The notes below the pieces were generated by a model. That model worked only from the letters and a program-made list of their open reading frames with translations, did no database searches and was not told the DNA's origin. Below, piece after piece: positions 16,857 through 26,681 of a stretch of 64,000 nucleotides of DNA. The DNA comes from a virus. Both the position numbers and the translations under genes were made by a program. The DNA lies in IMG/VR virus record IMGVR_UViG_3300045921_000191, positions 1-64,000 of that record. The stretch is one strand, 5' to 3'. Numbering within the stretch: position 1 is the stretch's first letter; the number at the start of each line of letters is the position of its first letter.

Positions 16857-18651
16857 CCTTTAGGATATACGTGATAGATTTTTTAGCTTCGTCTTTCTTA
16901 GGTTCTGGATCAGCAGATTCATCAGGAAGTTCCATCAAAAGATCATTAAGCTCTTTTTCTAGCTCTTGAGAACTATCTTCACTCATGCCGTCTTCAAAAG
17001 GAGTGCCTTGAGCATCTTCGGGGCCACCTGCGGCATTCATTTGTTCTTGTTCAGCAGCTTGAGCTTGCATATCAGCATTGATCTTCATTTGCTTGTATTG
17101 AGTAGCAACTGCGCTGAGAACAATATCACCATCTTCAATGGGCTCTCGTCCTTGTTCTCTTCGAGCTTCGTTGAGAGTTTTCCACACTTGAGTTTCTTTT
17201 TCAAGACGCTCTGTTTCTTGCTTACGACTTTCTGCGTCAAGACCAACGAATTTAAACTTATATTTCTTCGCCAATTCTTTGTTCCAGCGAGGAAGAATGT
17301 GATCATTTAAGAGGCCTTCAATAAAATCAAGCAAAGGTTTAAGGCCTTTATCGCGAGACGATTTAATCCGAGTTTCATTAGAAGACTCGTTCAAAGTAGA
17401 AGTATTGACTTTGGAAATATCAAAGTTGATTTCGGCTGGATCAATCTGGTAAACAGCACAAATAATACGAATCAAGTAATGCATCCACGACTCAAACTCC
17501 ATTTCACGGTTAGTTTGAGCAAGAGGAACCCATTTAACTTCGTCAGCCATACCAATAATGGGAGGACGAAATGCGTTTTTAGAGTTAGCTACTTGGTTCC
17601 ACCATTGTCGTTTAAAGCCTTCAAGCTGCGCACGAGAGATATTATCTCCCTTGATATGCAATAAGCCTTTAGTTCCAATGCCTTGAGTGAAGAAGTTTCG
17701 ATTATGTGCCTCAGCAAACAAATGAGCGGTGATAGTTTGAATCAAAAGCTCAAGTTCACCCATTGCGTATCCGTTATCTTCAGGATCAACGGTAGGATTA
17801 GCGGCCTCAAATATAAAGTCATCTTCAGACCACGCCCAAACGATCTGACCACGTACTACCTGGACGTATCTGAGTGGCTTTTGGGAAAGCTTTTCTAGTT
17901 CTTCTTGGGAATAACCTTTATCGCGCAGGCGGCTAAGAAGAGCTGCCATAGTTGCGTCTTGACTACGCTTTGAGGTGTAGTAAATGTAACCAGCAGAGGT
18001 AGGGTAAAACTTAACAGCTCGGCTTCTATCTTTAGAAGGAATAAGTTCAATTGCTGCATAGTTATAAGTCAATCGATCACGAGTAATGAGGTTCAAGAAC
18101 TTTTTGAAAGTAACTCGTTTGTAGGTAGTATCAGCCTCTTCAATATCACTGCCGCAGTTCTTGATAAAATCTTTGATTTCTTGAATTTCTTTTTTTTGCT
18201 TAGAAAGCTTTTCTACTCGCTCTTTCTCAAATTCGTACTTTTTATTATTATACATTTCTTCATCTAGAAGAGGATCAGCTAGTTCTAGCTTCTGTTCATC
18301 TGTATAATCGGCGATTTCTTGAGCCTCTACAATCCATCCTGGAGAATATTTGTCTTTTTGTTCTTCTGAGAACTCATTGATTTGTCCAAGACGAGTTTGA
18401 TGAATAGCAATAATTACGCTATCTTTTCGAGCCATACTCCTAAGAGTCTGGTTAGAAACCATAGTTTGTTTTTGCTTCCAACCATATTGATCTCGTTCAG
18501 CCCATTCAAGCTCAACTTGAGATTTACGGTCTTCTTTTTCCATAACAGGAGATCCGTCAGAAGTGCGTGCTTTTGAAATATAAGAATCGAGAGTAGCTTC
18601 AACAGCTTCTCTGATCTTTCCTAGAAATGATTGTTTTTGCTGTTCAGCCAT
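16834..18651 (-). CDS. portal protein
   Basis: N.NFF.QG..TKGLL, F+RQW, MEF..W...I.AVY.IDP.EI, GLKPLL, TLNEAR. Confidence 0.85.
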   Translation of the reverse strand: MAEQQKQSFLGKIREAVEATLDSYISKARTSDGSPVMEKEDRKSQVELEWAERDQYGWKQKQTMVSNQTLRSMARKDSVIIAIHQTRLGQINEFSEEQKDKYSPGWIVEAQEIADYTDEQKLELADPLLDEEMYNNKKYEFEKERVEKLSKQKKEIQEIKDFIKNCGSDIEEADTTYKRVTFKKFLNLITRDRLTYNYAAIELIPSKDRSRAVKFYPTSAGYIYYTSKRSQDATMAALLSRLRDKGYSQEELEKLSQKPLRYVQVVRGQIVWAWSEDDFIFEAANPTVDPEDNGYAMGELELLIQTITAHLFAEAHNRNFFTQGIGTKGLLHIKGDNISRAQLEGFKRQWWNQVANSKNAFRPPIIGMADEVKWVPLAQTNREMEFESWMHYLIRIICAVYQIDPAEINFDISKVNTSTLNESSNETRIKSSRDKGLKPLLDFIEGLLNDHILPRWNKELAKKYKFKFVGLDAESRKQETERLEKETQVWKTLNEARREQGREPIEDGDIVLSAVATQYKQMKINADMQAQAAEQEQMNAAGGPEDAQGTPFEDGMSEDSSQELEKELNDLLMELPDESADPEPKKDEAKKSITYILKDDEDNED

Positions 18652-18668
18652 AATTCTCCATTAGCTTA

Positions 18669-20444
18669 TCAAAATACGAAGAAGAAGTCACCATCTTCAT
18701 CGTTCTTTTCGCCAGATTCCTCTTCTTGTTTTTTAGCTTCTTCTTCCTTACGATTATCGTAAAAGTCGGCTAATCCAACATGGTCAGCTAGGTCTTGAGC
18801 GGTCGGCATTGCGATCTGTTTACCCAATGCGTCTTTAGTTTCTTTGTGATCATCTTTCTCTTCATGAGTATACCCTATGTACAAAGGGCTTGTCTTATCA
18901 AACTGATACACCACCAAAGCGATTGCGTTAGCAATGTCGTCTTTGCAGTTTTGGGCATGTTCAATACGTACCGTATTTGAATGAGAAGAGCGCTTTTCTC
19001 GAAGATCTTTCAAATGTTTAAATGCCAAAGGAACGTCAACAATTTGCAGTAGTTTGGAGTTTAAGGATACTTGTAAGCTATAGTAATATTTCAGTTTTGA
19101 AGCATTAGTTACTTTGTATTCTTTAGCCATGCAATTGTATTTCATGAACAATTGCTTCACTGCGGCAAAAGCGTATTGATCGGCAATGCAATAAGCTACT
19201 CGATATCTTTTAAGGTATCCAGAAATCTCTTCGATCACCGTGTCAGGATTAAGTTCAGCGCCGTCAGTTCCCTTCCAGTATTTTACCACGTCAATAACGA
19301 CGCGTTCTTTTCGAGTCTTATCGTTCTGATCGATATAATACTCTTTATGGCCAATCGTAAAGGCCCAGTAGTCTCTTTTAGTGGCATAGTCCATTGAGGC
19401 AGCATAACGGTAGGTAGGGTCAAATTCGCGCTCTGGAAGGCCTTTTAAACGCGTCTCCTCGATCAGAGCAGGATCAAGATAGGCTGCCTCAGAAGCTGTA
19501 TATTGGGCTCCGTACTCTCGGTTAAAGTACGACATTCCTTTTTTCTTCTGTTTATTCAAATACTTAACTGATATAGTAGGGTTGGCATACCAAGTAGGGA
19601 CTTGTAAATGCAGCACGTCGTCTTCTTTTCTACGCTCGAAGTCGTTAAACATAAGACCAGATTCGCCGTTAGGCGAAGAGATTTTAAGCACCATTGCCAT
19701 ACCTTCGATGGATTGGAACTGCGAGAGAGCAGGAGCCAAGGCTTCGTAGATAGAAACGTCGGTATTCTTGGAGTCAGTACCTTCGGCGCCAAAGAAGCAC
19801 ACCTCGTCTAGAATCGCAAAAGGAACGGCCATACCTCGAATCTTGGAGGTATCAGCAGCCATTACTTTAATGATGACTTTGTTATTCAAACGAATCTGGC
19901 CACCTGCCAAAACGCTAGGATTCTTCAAATCTTCTTCAGTGTATTCTTCTTTAAAAGAGCCCGTTTTACCATCAAGAAAAGTGTTAAAGAGATAAGGGCT
20001 GCGGAGAAAAAAGTACTTAATTGCCGCATAAACTTCTCCAGCCTGCTCTTTGGTAGGAGAAATAATTGGAATTGTGGCATGTGGCGACGTGCCTAAATAA
20101 GGTTTAAAGTCGAATTGCGTGGCGTAAAAGATAGCAAGGCCTGCACCGATTGTAGTAGATTTGCCAGATCGACGGCCCCAACATAGCGAAGCATCAGAAC
20201 AATGAGTAGGGATGTAGTCGTCTTTACCACTAAAATGCTTGAACATCTCGATTTCATTAGCAAAATCTAGATCTTGAAACTCGTGAGACGCAGGGATAGG
20301 AGTAGTTTCATCTAAAGGCTCTGCTCGAATAGCTTTCAGCGCTATCCTCTGAGCTGGAGAGAGATTCTTGACACCAAGAGTTCCTTCCCACTCAAAGAAA
20401 CTAACGATGTCCATTCCAAGATGAGTTTTATTCATCTGAAGCAT
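18669..20444 (-). CDS. terL: terminase large subunit
   Basis: WGRRSGKS Walker A, ILDEV Walker B, ISSPNG, C-terminal nuclease MDYA...DDIANA. Confidence 0.9.
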   Translation of the reverse strand: MLQMNKTHLGMDIVSFFEWEGTLGVKNLSPAQRIALKAIRAEPLDETTPIPASHEFQDLDFANEIEMFKHFSGKDDYIPTHCSDASLCWGRRSGKSTTIGAGLAIFYATQFDFKPYLGTSPHATIPIISPTKEQAGEVYAAIKYFFLRSPYLFNTFLDGKTGSFKEEYTEEDLKNPSVLAGGQIRLNNKVIIKVMAADTSKIRGMAVPFAILDEVCFFGAEGTDSKNTDVSIYEALAPALSQFQSIEGMAMVLKISSPNGESGLMFNDFERRKEDDVLHLQVPTWYANPTISVKYLNKQKKKGMSYFNREYGAQYTASEAAYLDPALIEETRLKGLPEREFDPTYRYAASMDYATKRDYWAFTIGHKEYYIDQNDKTRKERVVIDVVKYWKGTDGAELNPDTVIEEISGYLKRYRVAYCIADQYAFAAVKQLFMKYNCMAKEYKVTNASKLKYYYSLQVSLNSKLLQIVDVPLAFKHLKDLREKRSSHSNTVRIEHAQNCKDDIANAIALVVYQFDKTSPLYIGYTHEEKDDHKETKDALGKQIAMPTAQDLADHVGLADFYDNRKEEEAKKQEEESGEKNDEDGDFFFVF

Positions 20445-21072
20445 CGTTTTTATCCTCTCGCTCTTTCTTTACTCGGGTAAAATTACCTTCGATCACGTCT
20501 TTTAGATGTGATTTGGCGTCATAATCCACGCCTTCTTTTTTAGCTGACATGTATAACTTAGCCATTTCTGTGTAGTCAACATTTACTTGGGTATGTTTTG
20601 ATTCGATTTGCTTTTTATCTACTCCACCAGCTTGGGCAAAATAGTGAAGCTTAGTGAGTTTCTCTACAGCATCGGTAATAGTTTTAAGAGGAACAGAGCG
20701 AGCTTGTTGCTCTGCGTCAACTTCAAAAACCGAACGCTCAAGATCGGACACTAAACGGTAGCAGACTTTCAGAAGCTTGGAATATGTTTCCCTGGCAATC
20801 GTATCAACTTCAGATTCGTTCAAGAAGGCTTTTTGTTCAAGGTCCCGTTCCTTCCGAGCGTCCCATTCCAGCTTATCTTTATAACGCTTGATAGTGGCAT
20901 AACTGATTCCAAATTCCTCAGCGATAGCGGTCAAGGTGATACCTCTAACGAACCGTTGATACATTTTCTCTTGATCAAAAGTGCCAACTTCCACTGGAAG
21001 TGTTTGAACTTCTTGATTATCTTGTTTTGGAAACAAGGTAACATTGTTATCCGTAGTATTTTCGTCACTCAT
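20428..21072 (-). CDS. putative terminase small subunit
   Basis: N-terminal HTH (TLTAIAEEFGISYATIKRY...W); directly upstream of terL. Confidence 0.6.
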   Translation of the reverse strand: MSDENTTDNNVTLFPKQDNQEVQTLPVEVGTFDQEKMYQRFVRGITLTAIAEEFGISYATIKRYKDKLEWDARKERDLEQKAFLNESEVDTIARETYSKLLKVCYRLVSDLERSVFEVDAEQQARSVPLKTITDAVEKLTKLHYFAQAGGVDKKQIESKHTQVNVDYTEMAKLYMSAKKEGVDYDAKSHLKDVIEGNFTRVKKEREDKNDASDE

Positions 21073-21096
21073 TCCTTGAGTTTATCACGAAATGAG

Positions 21097-21717
21097 CTAT
21101 TTTTGGCTCATTGAAGCAACATATCGCTGTGAATCGAGAAAATCATTGATCTTTTCAAAAGCCTTATTTAGCCTGGCCTGGTAATCAGCCCTTTTTGAAG
21201 GAGTTCCAGAATGGTAACGAGTATACCAATTAAGCTCTTTATTACCATATCGTTTCTTATAATTTGCAAGAATCTTCGCAGTCATCATGATTGCGTATTT
21301 AGGATCAGTCTTAAGTTTCTTGGTATCTAAATTCAGAGCTTCTTTCCATACTCGACCATTGATCTGACCGATTCCATAATCTCCAGTGCATTTTTCTGGC
21401 TGTTTCAGACAATTCTGGGGATCAACTCTCAACGAAGACTCTTGAAACAAGATAGAAACAAACAGCTTCCAATCAATTTGATGAGGCTTTAGCGCTTTGT
21501 GAATGTGTTCAGCTATCTGAGTCGCCTTCAGAGGTTCCTTTTGATAGGCTGGCTGAAGAAATAAGATCACTTCCTGAATTTGAAGAACTTCCGATTCCTT
21601 CGGATTTAGAAAGGAAATCGTCTCTTGTGAACGTTTTTCTATCAAAGTTTTGCTGTAACTCAACAAGATCATCAGAATCGACATCACTACGAAGCTTCGA
21701 ACGAGTAGCTTTACCAT
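21097..21717 (-). CDS. lytic transglycosylase (SLT) with N-terminal membrane anchor
   Basis: ILFQESS catalytic Glu, DYGIGQIN, RYHS; hydrophobic N-terminus; start at 21717 behind GAAAGGAAGG. Confidence 0.8.
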   Translation of the reverse strand: MVKLLVRSFVVMSILMILLSYSKTLIEKRSQETISFLNPKESEVLQIQEVILFLQPAYQKEPLKATQIAEHIHKALKPHQIDWKLFVSILFQESSLRVDPQNCLKQPEKCTGDYGIGQINGRVWKEALNLDTKKLKTDPKYAIMMTAKILANYKKRYGNKELNWYTRYHSGTPSKRADYQARLNKAFEKINDFLDSQRYVASMSQK

Positions 21718-22054
21718 TGGATACCTTCCTTTCAAGGTTAGATCTATAGAGAGCTACGCGAAGAGTGACTTTATAGTTCGGCAAGTACTCGCTGAACATT
21801 GCAAACATCTTGTCCATCATTCTCTTCTTGTTGGTAAATAATGCTCTCCAAAATCCTAAATACACCGTTAAATCCAATTCTTCGTTATCAGGGTCCATCA
21901 GATACTCTACGTATTTGATCGGAAACTGAACGTATAGATTTAAAACTATGGTGTTGTGAGTGAGAGTAGTGATGACATTGTTTGAACGTAACCAAGCATC
22001 ATATTGTGCTGCAAGTTCTCCCATGCCTTCTGTATCTTTCTTTTGCTCACTCAT
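21509..22054 (-). CDS. hypothetical protein with Ser/acidic tail overlapping the SLT gene
   Basis: ATG 6 nt after a TAGCAT -10 box. Confidence 0.65.
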   Translation of the reverse strand: MSEQKKDTEGMGELAAQYDAWLRSNNVITTLTHNTIVLNLYVQFPIKYVEYLMDPDNEELDLTVYLGFWRALFTNKKRMMDKMFAMFSEYLPNYKVTLRVALYRSNLERKVSNGKATRSKLRSDVDSDDLVELQQNFDRKTFTRDDFLSKSEGIGSSSNSGSDLISSASLSKGTSEGDSDS

Positions 22055-22060
22055 ACTAGT

Positions 22061-22093
22061 ATGCTAGCATAGTTGACTATAAAAGTCAAGTTC
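22061..22093 (-). promoter_or_regulatory. sigma70 promoter with IscR-like palindrome
   Basis: - strand TTGACT-N17-TAGCAT; TTGACTATAAAAGTCAA at 22073-22089. Confidence 0.7.
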
Positions 22094-22095
22094 TA

Positions 22096-22362
22096 TTAGA
22101 TCAAGTAATTCGAATACTTATGCATCTCTAATGCTTTTCGTATGATTTGTCTAACTCGTTCACGAGTGCATTTAAATGCTTTTGCTATATCTGTTGGCGT
22201 ATAACCCATTGCGTAATAGTTGAGAATCATTGCTCTTTTTCGCTGGTTGTTACTCCTAGTAGCATAAAAACGGTAGTGAGTCTTAAGAAGATGCTGGACT
22301 TCTTGACGGCTAGGTTCACCGTCATTCAACCATTGAAGAAAAGCAAAGTAAAGTTTTCTCAT
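22096..22362 (-). CDS. sigma70 region-4-like HTH protein
   Basis: GYTPTDIAKAFKCTRERVRQIIRKAL. Confidence 0.75.
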   Translation of the reverse strand: MRKLYFAFLQWLNDGEPSRQEVQHLLKTHYRFYATRSNNQRKRAMILNYYAMGYTPTDIAKAFKCTRERVRQIIRKALEMHKYSNYLI

Positions 22363-22811
22363 GCGCCAGATGATCCAAATCCTCCACTTCCGCGAGCGGT
22401 GTCAGAGAGTTCTTCAGATTCTTCGAGTTCGATTTGAGGATAAGGCATGATTACGAGTTGACCAACACGCTCCCCGATTTCGTACAGATTTCCGTGAGTA
22501 TCCCACTTATCGCCCAAAACTTTTACTGGAGTAATTTTTGCTTCAAAGAAGAATTTGATTTCTCCACGATAACCAGAATCGATAACTCCAACTGAATTAG
22601 TCAATCGAAGATCTTTTTTACAAATACTGGAACGAGGGAAGATAAGTCCTACAAATCCTTCGGGAATCTCAATTGCTAAGCCAGTCCCATAAACGATTCG
22701 TCCATCCTTTATTTCCATCGTGATCGCTGTCAGATCCAGTCCCGCGTCTCCTAAATTGGCATACGTCGGGACTACCGCACGAGGGTCCAGCTTCTTTACT
22801 TTGACTTTCAT
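22359..22811 (-). CDS. dut: dUTPase (trimeric)
   Basis: AGLDL, PRSS, GVIDSGYRGEI, RGSGGFGSSG. Confidence 0.95.
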   Translation of the reverse strand: MKVKVKKLDPRAVVPTYANLGDAGLDLTAITMEIKDGRIVYGTGLAIEIPEGFVGLIFPRSSICKKDLRLTNSVGVIDSGYRGEIKFFFEAKITPVKVLGDKWDTHGNLYEIGERVGQLVIMPYPQIELEESEELSDTARGSGGFGSSGA

Positions 22812-23043
22812 TTATTTCCCTTTCTTTTTCGACCAAACTAAGTTGATGACGCTTGATTGCCTCTCCGAGAGAATCGTATTGTCTTGGATAGACGAGTCCG
22901 TATCCAAAGTAGGAGATTGCAAAGAGAATAAGGACACAAAATAGAATATTTTCCCTGGAAATAGACGAATTATGTTCCTTTTTTGGCATTTTGAGCTTAG
23001 AATTTGGCTCAAATCCACTAATTTTGATCGTTTTTCGTCCCAT
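22669..23043 (-). CDS. putative single-TM protein (overlapping frame)
   Basis: Hydrophobic ILFCVLILFAISYFGYGLVY; overlaps dut by 143 nt. Confidence 0.45.
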   Translation of the reverse strand: MGRKTIKISGFEPNSKLKMPKKEHNSSISRENILFCVLILFAISYFGYGLVYPRQYDSLGEAIKRHQLSLVEKEREINESQSKEAGPSCGSPDVCQFRRRGTGSDSDHDGNKGWTNRLWDWLSN

Positions 23044-23048
23044 TTCAT
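22812..23048 (-). CDS. putative hypothetical protein (alternative frame)
   Basis: ATG 5 nt after a TACGAT -10 box; stop abuts the dut start (TAAATG). Confidence 0.4.
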   Translation of the reverse strand: MKWDEKRSKLVDLSQILSSKCQKRNIIRLFPGKIFYFVSLFSLQSPTLDTDSSIQDNTILSERQSSVINLVWSKKKGK

Positions 23049-23085
23049 GACAAATCGTACCAATTCTTAGTTAAAAAGTCAAGAA

Positions 23086-24780
23086 TTATCCTTGGCAAGA
23101 CTCGCACTCTTCCAAAACATCACCTTTAATAGCAGCTCCAGTGCGCTCGTAGTAAAGAGTTTGTACCTTCATCTCCCATGCCAAAACGAAATCGTCCATG
23201 ACTTTCTGAGCATCAATGTTCAAAGGGTAAAATAGATTCAAACTTTGACCTTGATCCACCCAACGTTGTCGTTGTGCAGCTTGTGTAATTAGAGTTTTTT
23301 GGTCTATTTCTCTAGCAGTTCGAAATACTTTCTTTTCGTGTTCCGAAAGAAAATCAAGATGTTGCACTGATCCCTCGGCCTTGTTAATAGTCTTCCAAAC
23401 TTCCCAAACATCTTTATTTTTAGAAGCCAATAGCTTTTGCAATTCTTTATTTTTTACTGGAAAATCACCTTTTGCAGCTTCGTCGAGATAGTAATTAGAT
23501 ACCCAAGGCTCGATGCTCGGAGAAACACCACCGCAAATAGTTGAGTTTGATCGAGTAGGAGCATAGGCCAGTAGATGCATGTTACGACGACCTGAACCAA
23601 CAAGCCACTCTGGTTCTCCATACTCACTAGCAAGTTTTTGACTTGCTTCATCGGCTTCTGTTCTAAGCTTCCTACTGATCTCAGCGTTCAACTGCATTAC
23701 GTCCCACGAGGTATCAAATGCCATTCCTTGTGATTGAAGTAGGCTGTGCCAGCCCATCACTCCAAGACCTAGGCTACGAGCTTTCTCAGCCCCTCTCACG
23801 GCTTTATCAAGGCCAGGAATCTCTTTGGCCATTCTAATGAAAGCAGTCATCACAGCGTCTAAGAACCTGACTCCAAGCTCAATAACGCTCATATCATTGA
23901 TCTTTACTAGCTTCCACGTATGATAGGACGCTAGATTCAAGGAGCTAAGACAACACACTACGCTGTGCTGAGTATCTGTATATTGAAGGATCTCAGAGCA
24001 GATATTGGTTCCTTTGACTTTAAATCCTCTGTCTTTGTATTCTTTAGGAACTGCGTCGTTTACATGATCGTAGAACAACACATAAGGTTCACCGTTTTCC
24101 CATCGAGTATGAAGGAGTTTTCTAAGCTTGTTGCAAGCATCCTCGTCACCTGCTAGAGCTTTCTCCATAAAAGAGTTTTTAATCAGAGTACAAAGATGAA
24201 GACTTTTGACGCGACGCGCAGGATCGCCCTCAGTATTGCGCATCTCAACAAACTCATCCCAATCAGCACTCTCGATATCCAAATTGACTGAAGCAGCTCC
24301 GCGACGATTCCCTTGAGCAACGGTACGAACTACAACATCATAAACCTGACACCAAGGAACAATACCATTAGACTTACTTCCATTGGCAATAGGAGATCCA
24401 CGAGAACGAATGTTATCCAGAATAATACCTACCCCACCGCTGCATTTTGACATCATGGCAATCTCGTGAGCTACCTTAAAAATGCTATCAACAGAATCGT
24501 CTGGTTCAGTTTTGTAACAAGAAATAGGAAGACCTCGATTGGTTCCCATATTGCTAAGAACTGGAGTAGCTGGTCCAAGCCAACCTTCCCACATAATCAT
24601 AAAGAACGGCTCTTCTAGATCTGGTCTTTCGGCTTCTAGAGCCGCTGCCTTAGCCACCCTTCGATACATCCCTTTTGGAGTTTCTCCAGGTAAAAGATAG
24701 CCACCCTGAACGGTCTCAAAACTACGAGAATCATACCAACTTGGAGCTTCTTTAGCGACTTGAAGTTCTTCTAGGCTCAC
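23086..24780 (-). CDS. nrdA: class I ribonucleotide reductase alpha subunit (no ATP cone)
   Basis: PATP, ISCY, TNICSEI, VCCLSS, APT, DQGQSLN, LYY, C-terminal CESCQG. Confidence 0.95.
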   Translation of the reverse strand: MSLEELQVAKEAPSWYDSRSFETVQGGYLLPGETPKGMYRRVAKAAALEAERPDLEEPFFMIMWEGWLGPATPVLSNMGTNRGLPISCYKTEPDDSVDSIFKVAHEIAMMSKCSGGVGIILDNIRSRGSPIANGSKSNGIVPWCQVYDVVVRTVAQGNRRGAASVNLDIESADWDEFVEMRNTEGDPARRVKSLHLCTLIKNSFMEKALAGDEDACNKLRKLLHTRWENGEPYVLFYDHVNDAVPKEYKDRGFKVKGTNICSEILQYTDTQHSVVCCLSSLNLASYHTWKLVKINDMSVIELGVRFLDAVMTAFIRMAKEIPGLDKAVRGAEKARSLGLGVMGWHSLLQSQGMAFDTSWDVMQLNAEISRKLRTEADEASQKLASEYGEPEWLVGSGRRNMHLLAYAPTRSNSTICGGVSPSIEPWVSNYYLDEAAKGDFPVKNKELQKLLASKNKDVWEVWKTINKAEGSVQHLDFLSEHEKKVFRTAREIDQKTLITQAAQRQRWVDQGQSLNLFYPLNIDAQKVMDDFVLAWEMKVQTLYYERTGAAIKGDVLEECESCQG

Positions 24781-25748
24781 AACACTCTCCTAACCAAAAC
24801 GTTACTGAAGTTCTTATTACCTTTTGCATAGTCCGTTTGACGTTCAAAGAAGAAATCACCTAGGGTAGAACCTCCGCTTTGAAGACTGAACCATTCGTCG
24901 ATCCTGCGAACAGCTTCTACATCGATAGTTTTCCAGTTCATCTTAAGTCCAAGCTCTTTAAGCTTTGAGTTAGCTCTATGTCTAATAAATTGCTTCAAAT
25001 CGTGCTTGGCTAAACCCTCTACGTCTCCAAGCTCGAAAGCCTTGTCAATGAAGTCGTCTTCTAGCTGAACCGCCATGCGAGCAGCATCGTATACTTTCTT
25101 TTTGAACTCATCAGTCATGAACTCGTACTCTTTTGTTAGAGTACGGAATAGCCAACATCCTGCCGCAGAGTGCATAGATTCGTCTCGAATAGAGTAAGTA
25201 ATGATCTTTCCGATACCAGGAAGGAGTTTTCTGCGCTTAAAATTGAGTAGAATTGCAAAGGCTGAGAAAAGACAAACGCCTTCAGTAAAAGCAGAGAAAA
25301 CAGCAAGCGAAACGGCTTTCTCTTCCCTAGTTTTAGCCTTGGTAGCTAGCATGTCTAGTTTACTGCGAACAATAGGATCTTCCAAGAATCCAGCGTAGTC
25401 TTTGATACCTAGATTTTCATCGATCTGTGAATACGCTACAGTATGATTCATTTCGTCAGCGGAGAACTGTAAACACATCATTTGAATCTCTGGTTTAGGA
25501 AACCAGTTGGCCATCTCAGCCCAATGCTCATTGCCGACGATAAGCTCAAGTTGAGTAAAACTCTTCAATACCTGGCCAATCAAAGATCTCTCTTTTTCAA
25601 CCAGCTTGGTTTTAAAGTCCATTACATCTTGTTCGTAAGTTTGATTGAAAGGGTGCCAATACGCATCAACACGCGCTTGTTTCCAGATGTTATATGCAAG
25701 AGTGTACTCAAACGGGCCATAAGTTGGCCTCGCGTCGAAAAGTCCCAT
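24777..25748 (-). CDS. nrdB: class I ribonucleotide reductase beta subunit
   Basis: E..H...Y (DEMNHTVAY), EGVCLFSAF, RDESMH, DFF..R.TDY. Confidence 0.95.
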   Translation of the reverse strand: MGLFDARPTYGPFEYTLAYNIWKQARVDAYWHPFNQTYEQDVMDFKTKLVEKERSLIGQVLKSFTQLELIVGNEHWAEMANWFPKPEIQMMCLQFSADEMNHTVAYSQIDENLGIKDYAGFLEDPIVRSKLDMLATKAKTREEKAVSLAVFSAFTEGVCLFSAFAILLNFKRRKLLPGIGKIITYSIRDESMHSAAGCWLFRTLTKEYEFMTDEFKKKVYDAARMAVQLEDDFIDKAFELGDVEGLAKHDLKQFIRHRANSKLKELGLKMNWKTIDVEAVRRIDEWFSLQSGGSTLGDFFFERQTDYAKGNKNFSNVLVRRVL

Positions 25749-25760
25749 GTCGCCTCCGAT

Positions 25761-26354
25761 CTATCTATTTAAGAAAACTAAACCCACACAAATAGCATCA
25801 GCTACATCACCATCGGATTCCCTTTTGTCTACGTCAAGACCTAGGTCATAACGATCATTTACAAATCGTGCTGAAAGATGTTTCCAGTTCAAAACTGGAA
25901 TCTTTATCTTGGATTTTTTGTTATTTTTCCGAGCTTTAGCATTGTGCTTCTTATCCGCATCACTGAGTTTCATTTTTAAAAATGTTCTCCATCCCGAAGC
26001 CCCATTAGAATCTAAATATTCAAGTGAGTCAAGTAAGTTTGGAAAAGATTCTCTCAAAGAAAAAAGAACAAAGAAGTGTAGTGCATCAAGGCTTTTTTGA
26101 CCAATGCGAGAGATGCCGCGATTAACTTCCTCGACGACAAGCCTCTCTGGGGCAAGATCTTTTATGAGTTTAGCAACGTCAGTGGACATGCGAATGATTT
26201 GTTCTAAAGCTTTGCGTGGATATTTAAGCGTGGAAATACCCTTCTCATTGCTGCTAATAAAGCCGCATTTGATGAGTTTCTTGGTGTCTAAGTCAAATAA
26301 AGCCCAGCCAGTACATCTGTTACTCAGATCTAGGGCTAGAAGTCTTCTTTCCAT
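25761..26354 (-). CDS. RuvC-like Holliday junction resolvase
   Basis: LALDLS...TGWA, VVEE, D.ADAICVG. Confidence 0.8.
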   Translation of the reverse strand: MERRLLALDLSNRCTGWALFDLDTKKLIKCGFISSNEKGISTLKYPRKALEQIIRMSTDVAKLIKDLAPERLVVEEVNRGISRIGQKSLDALHFFVLFSLRESFPNLLDSLEYLDSNGASGWRTFLKMKLSDADKKHNAKARKNNKKSKIKIPVLNWKHLSARFVNDRYDLGLDVDKRESDGDVADAICVGLVFLNR

Positions 26355-26532
26355 TAATAACTGCCTCGTAGTGATCGTAAAGTAAGCAGATTGCTTCCCG
26401 CTTCTTTTGAATCTCTTCTAACAGTTTACCGCGTTTTTGTTCATTTTTAACGGATTGACGCACCAAGTTTACAAGACGCAACATGTCATTGTCCATCTCG
26501 CGAAGAACTTTAAGGTTTAGAGTTAGATGCAT
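26320..26532 (-). CDS. hypothetical protein (5' end possibly frameshifted from an ORF starting at 26669)
   Basis: ORF track; upstream 40-aa ORF MSLTPSG... lies in another frame. Confidence 0.45.
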   Translation of the reverse strand: MHLTLNLKVLREMDNDMLRLVNLVRQSVKNEQKRGKLLEEIQKKREAICLLYDHYEAVINGKKTSSPRSE

Positions 26533-26681
26533 TGCATTTTTGAATTTTAAACAAAACAGTTTACGATCAGTTGTTCAAAAGTTTCTCCTTGAGCGAAAAC
26601 AGAGGGTTCGTGCTTGTCTTCATTGTCGAAACCTTTTCCTGGAGTGTAACCGCTAGGAGTCAGAGACATTAAGAGCTTTGT

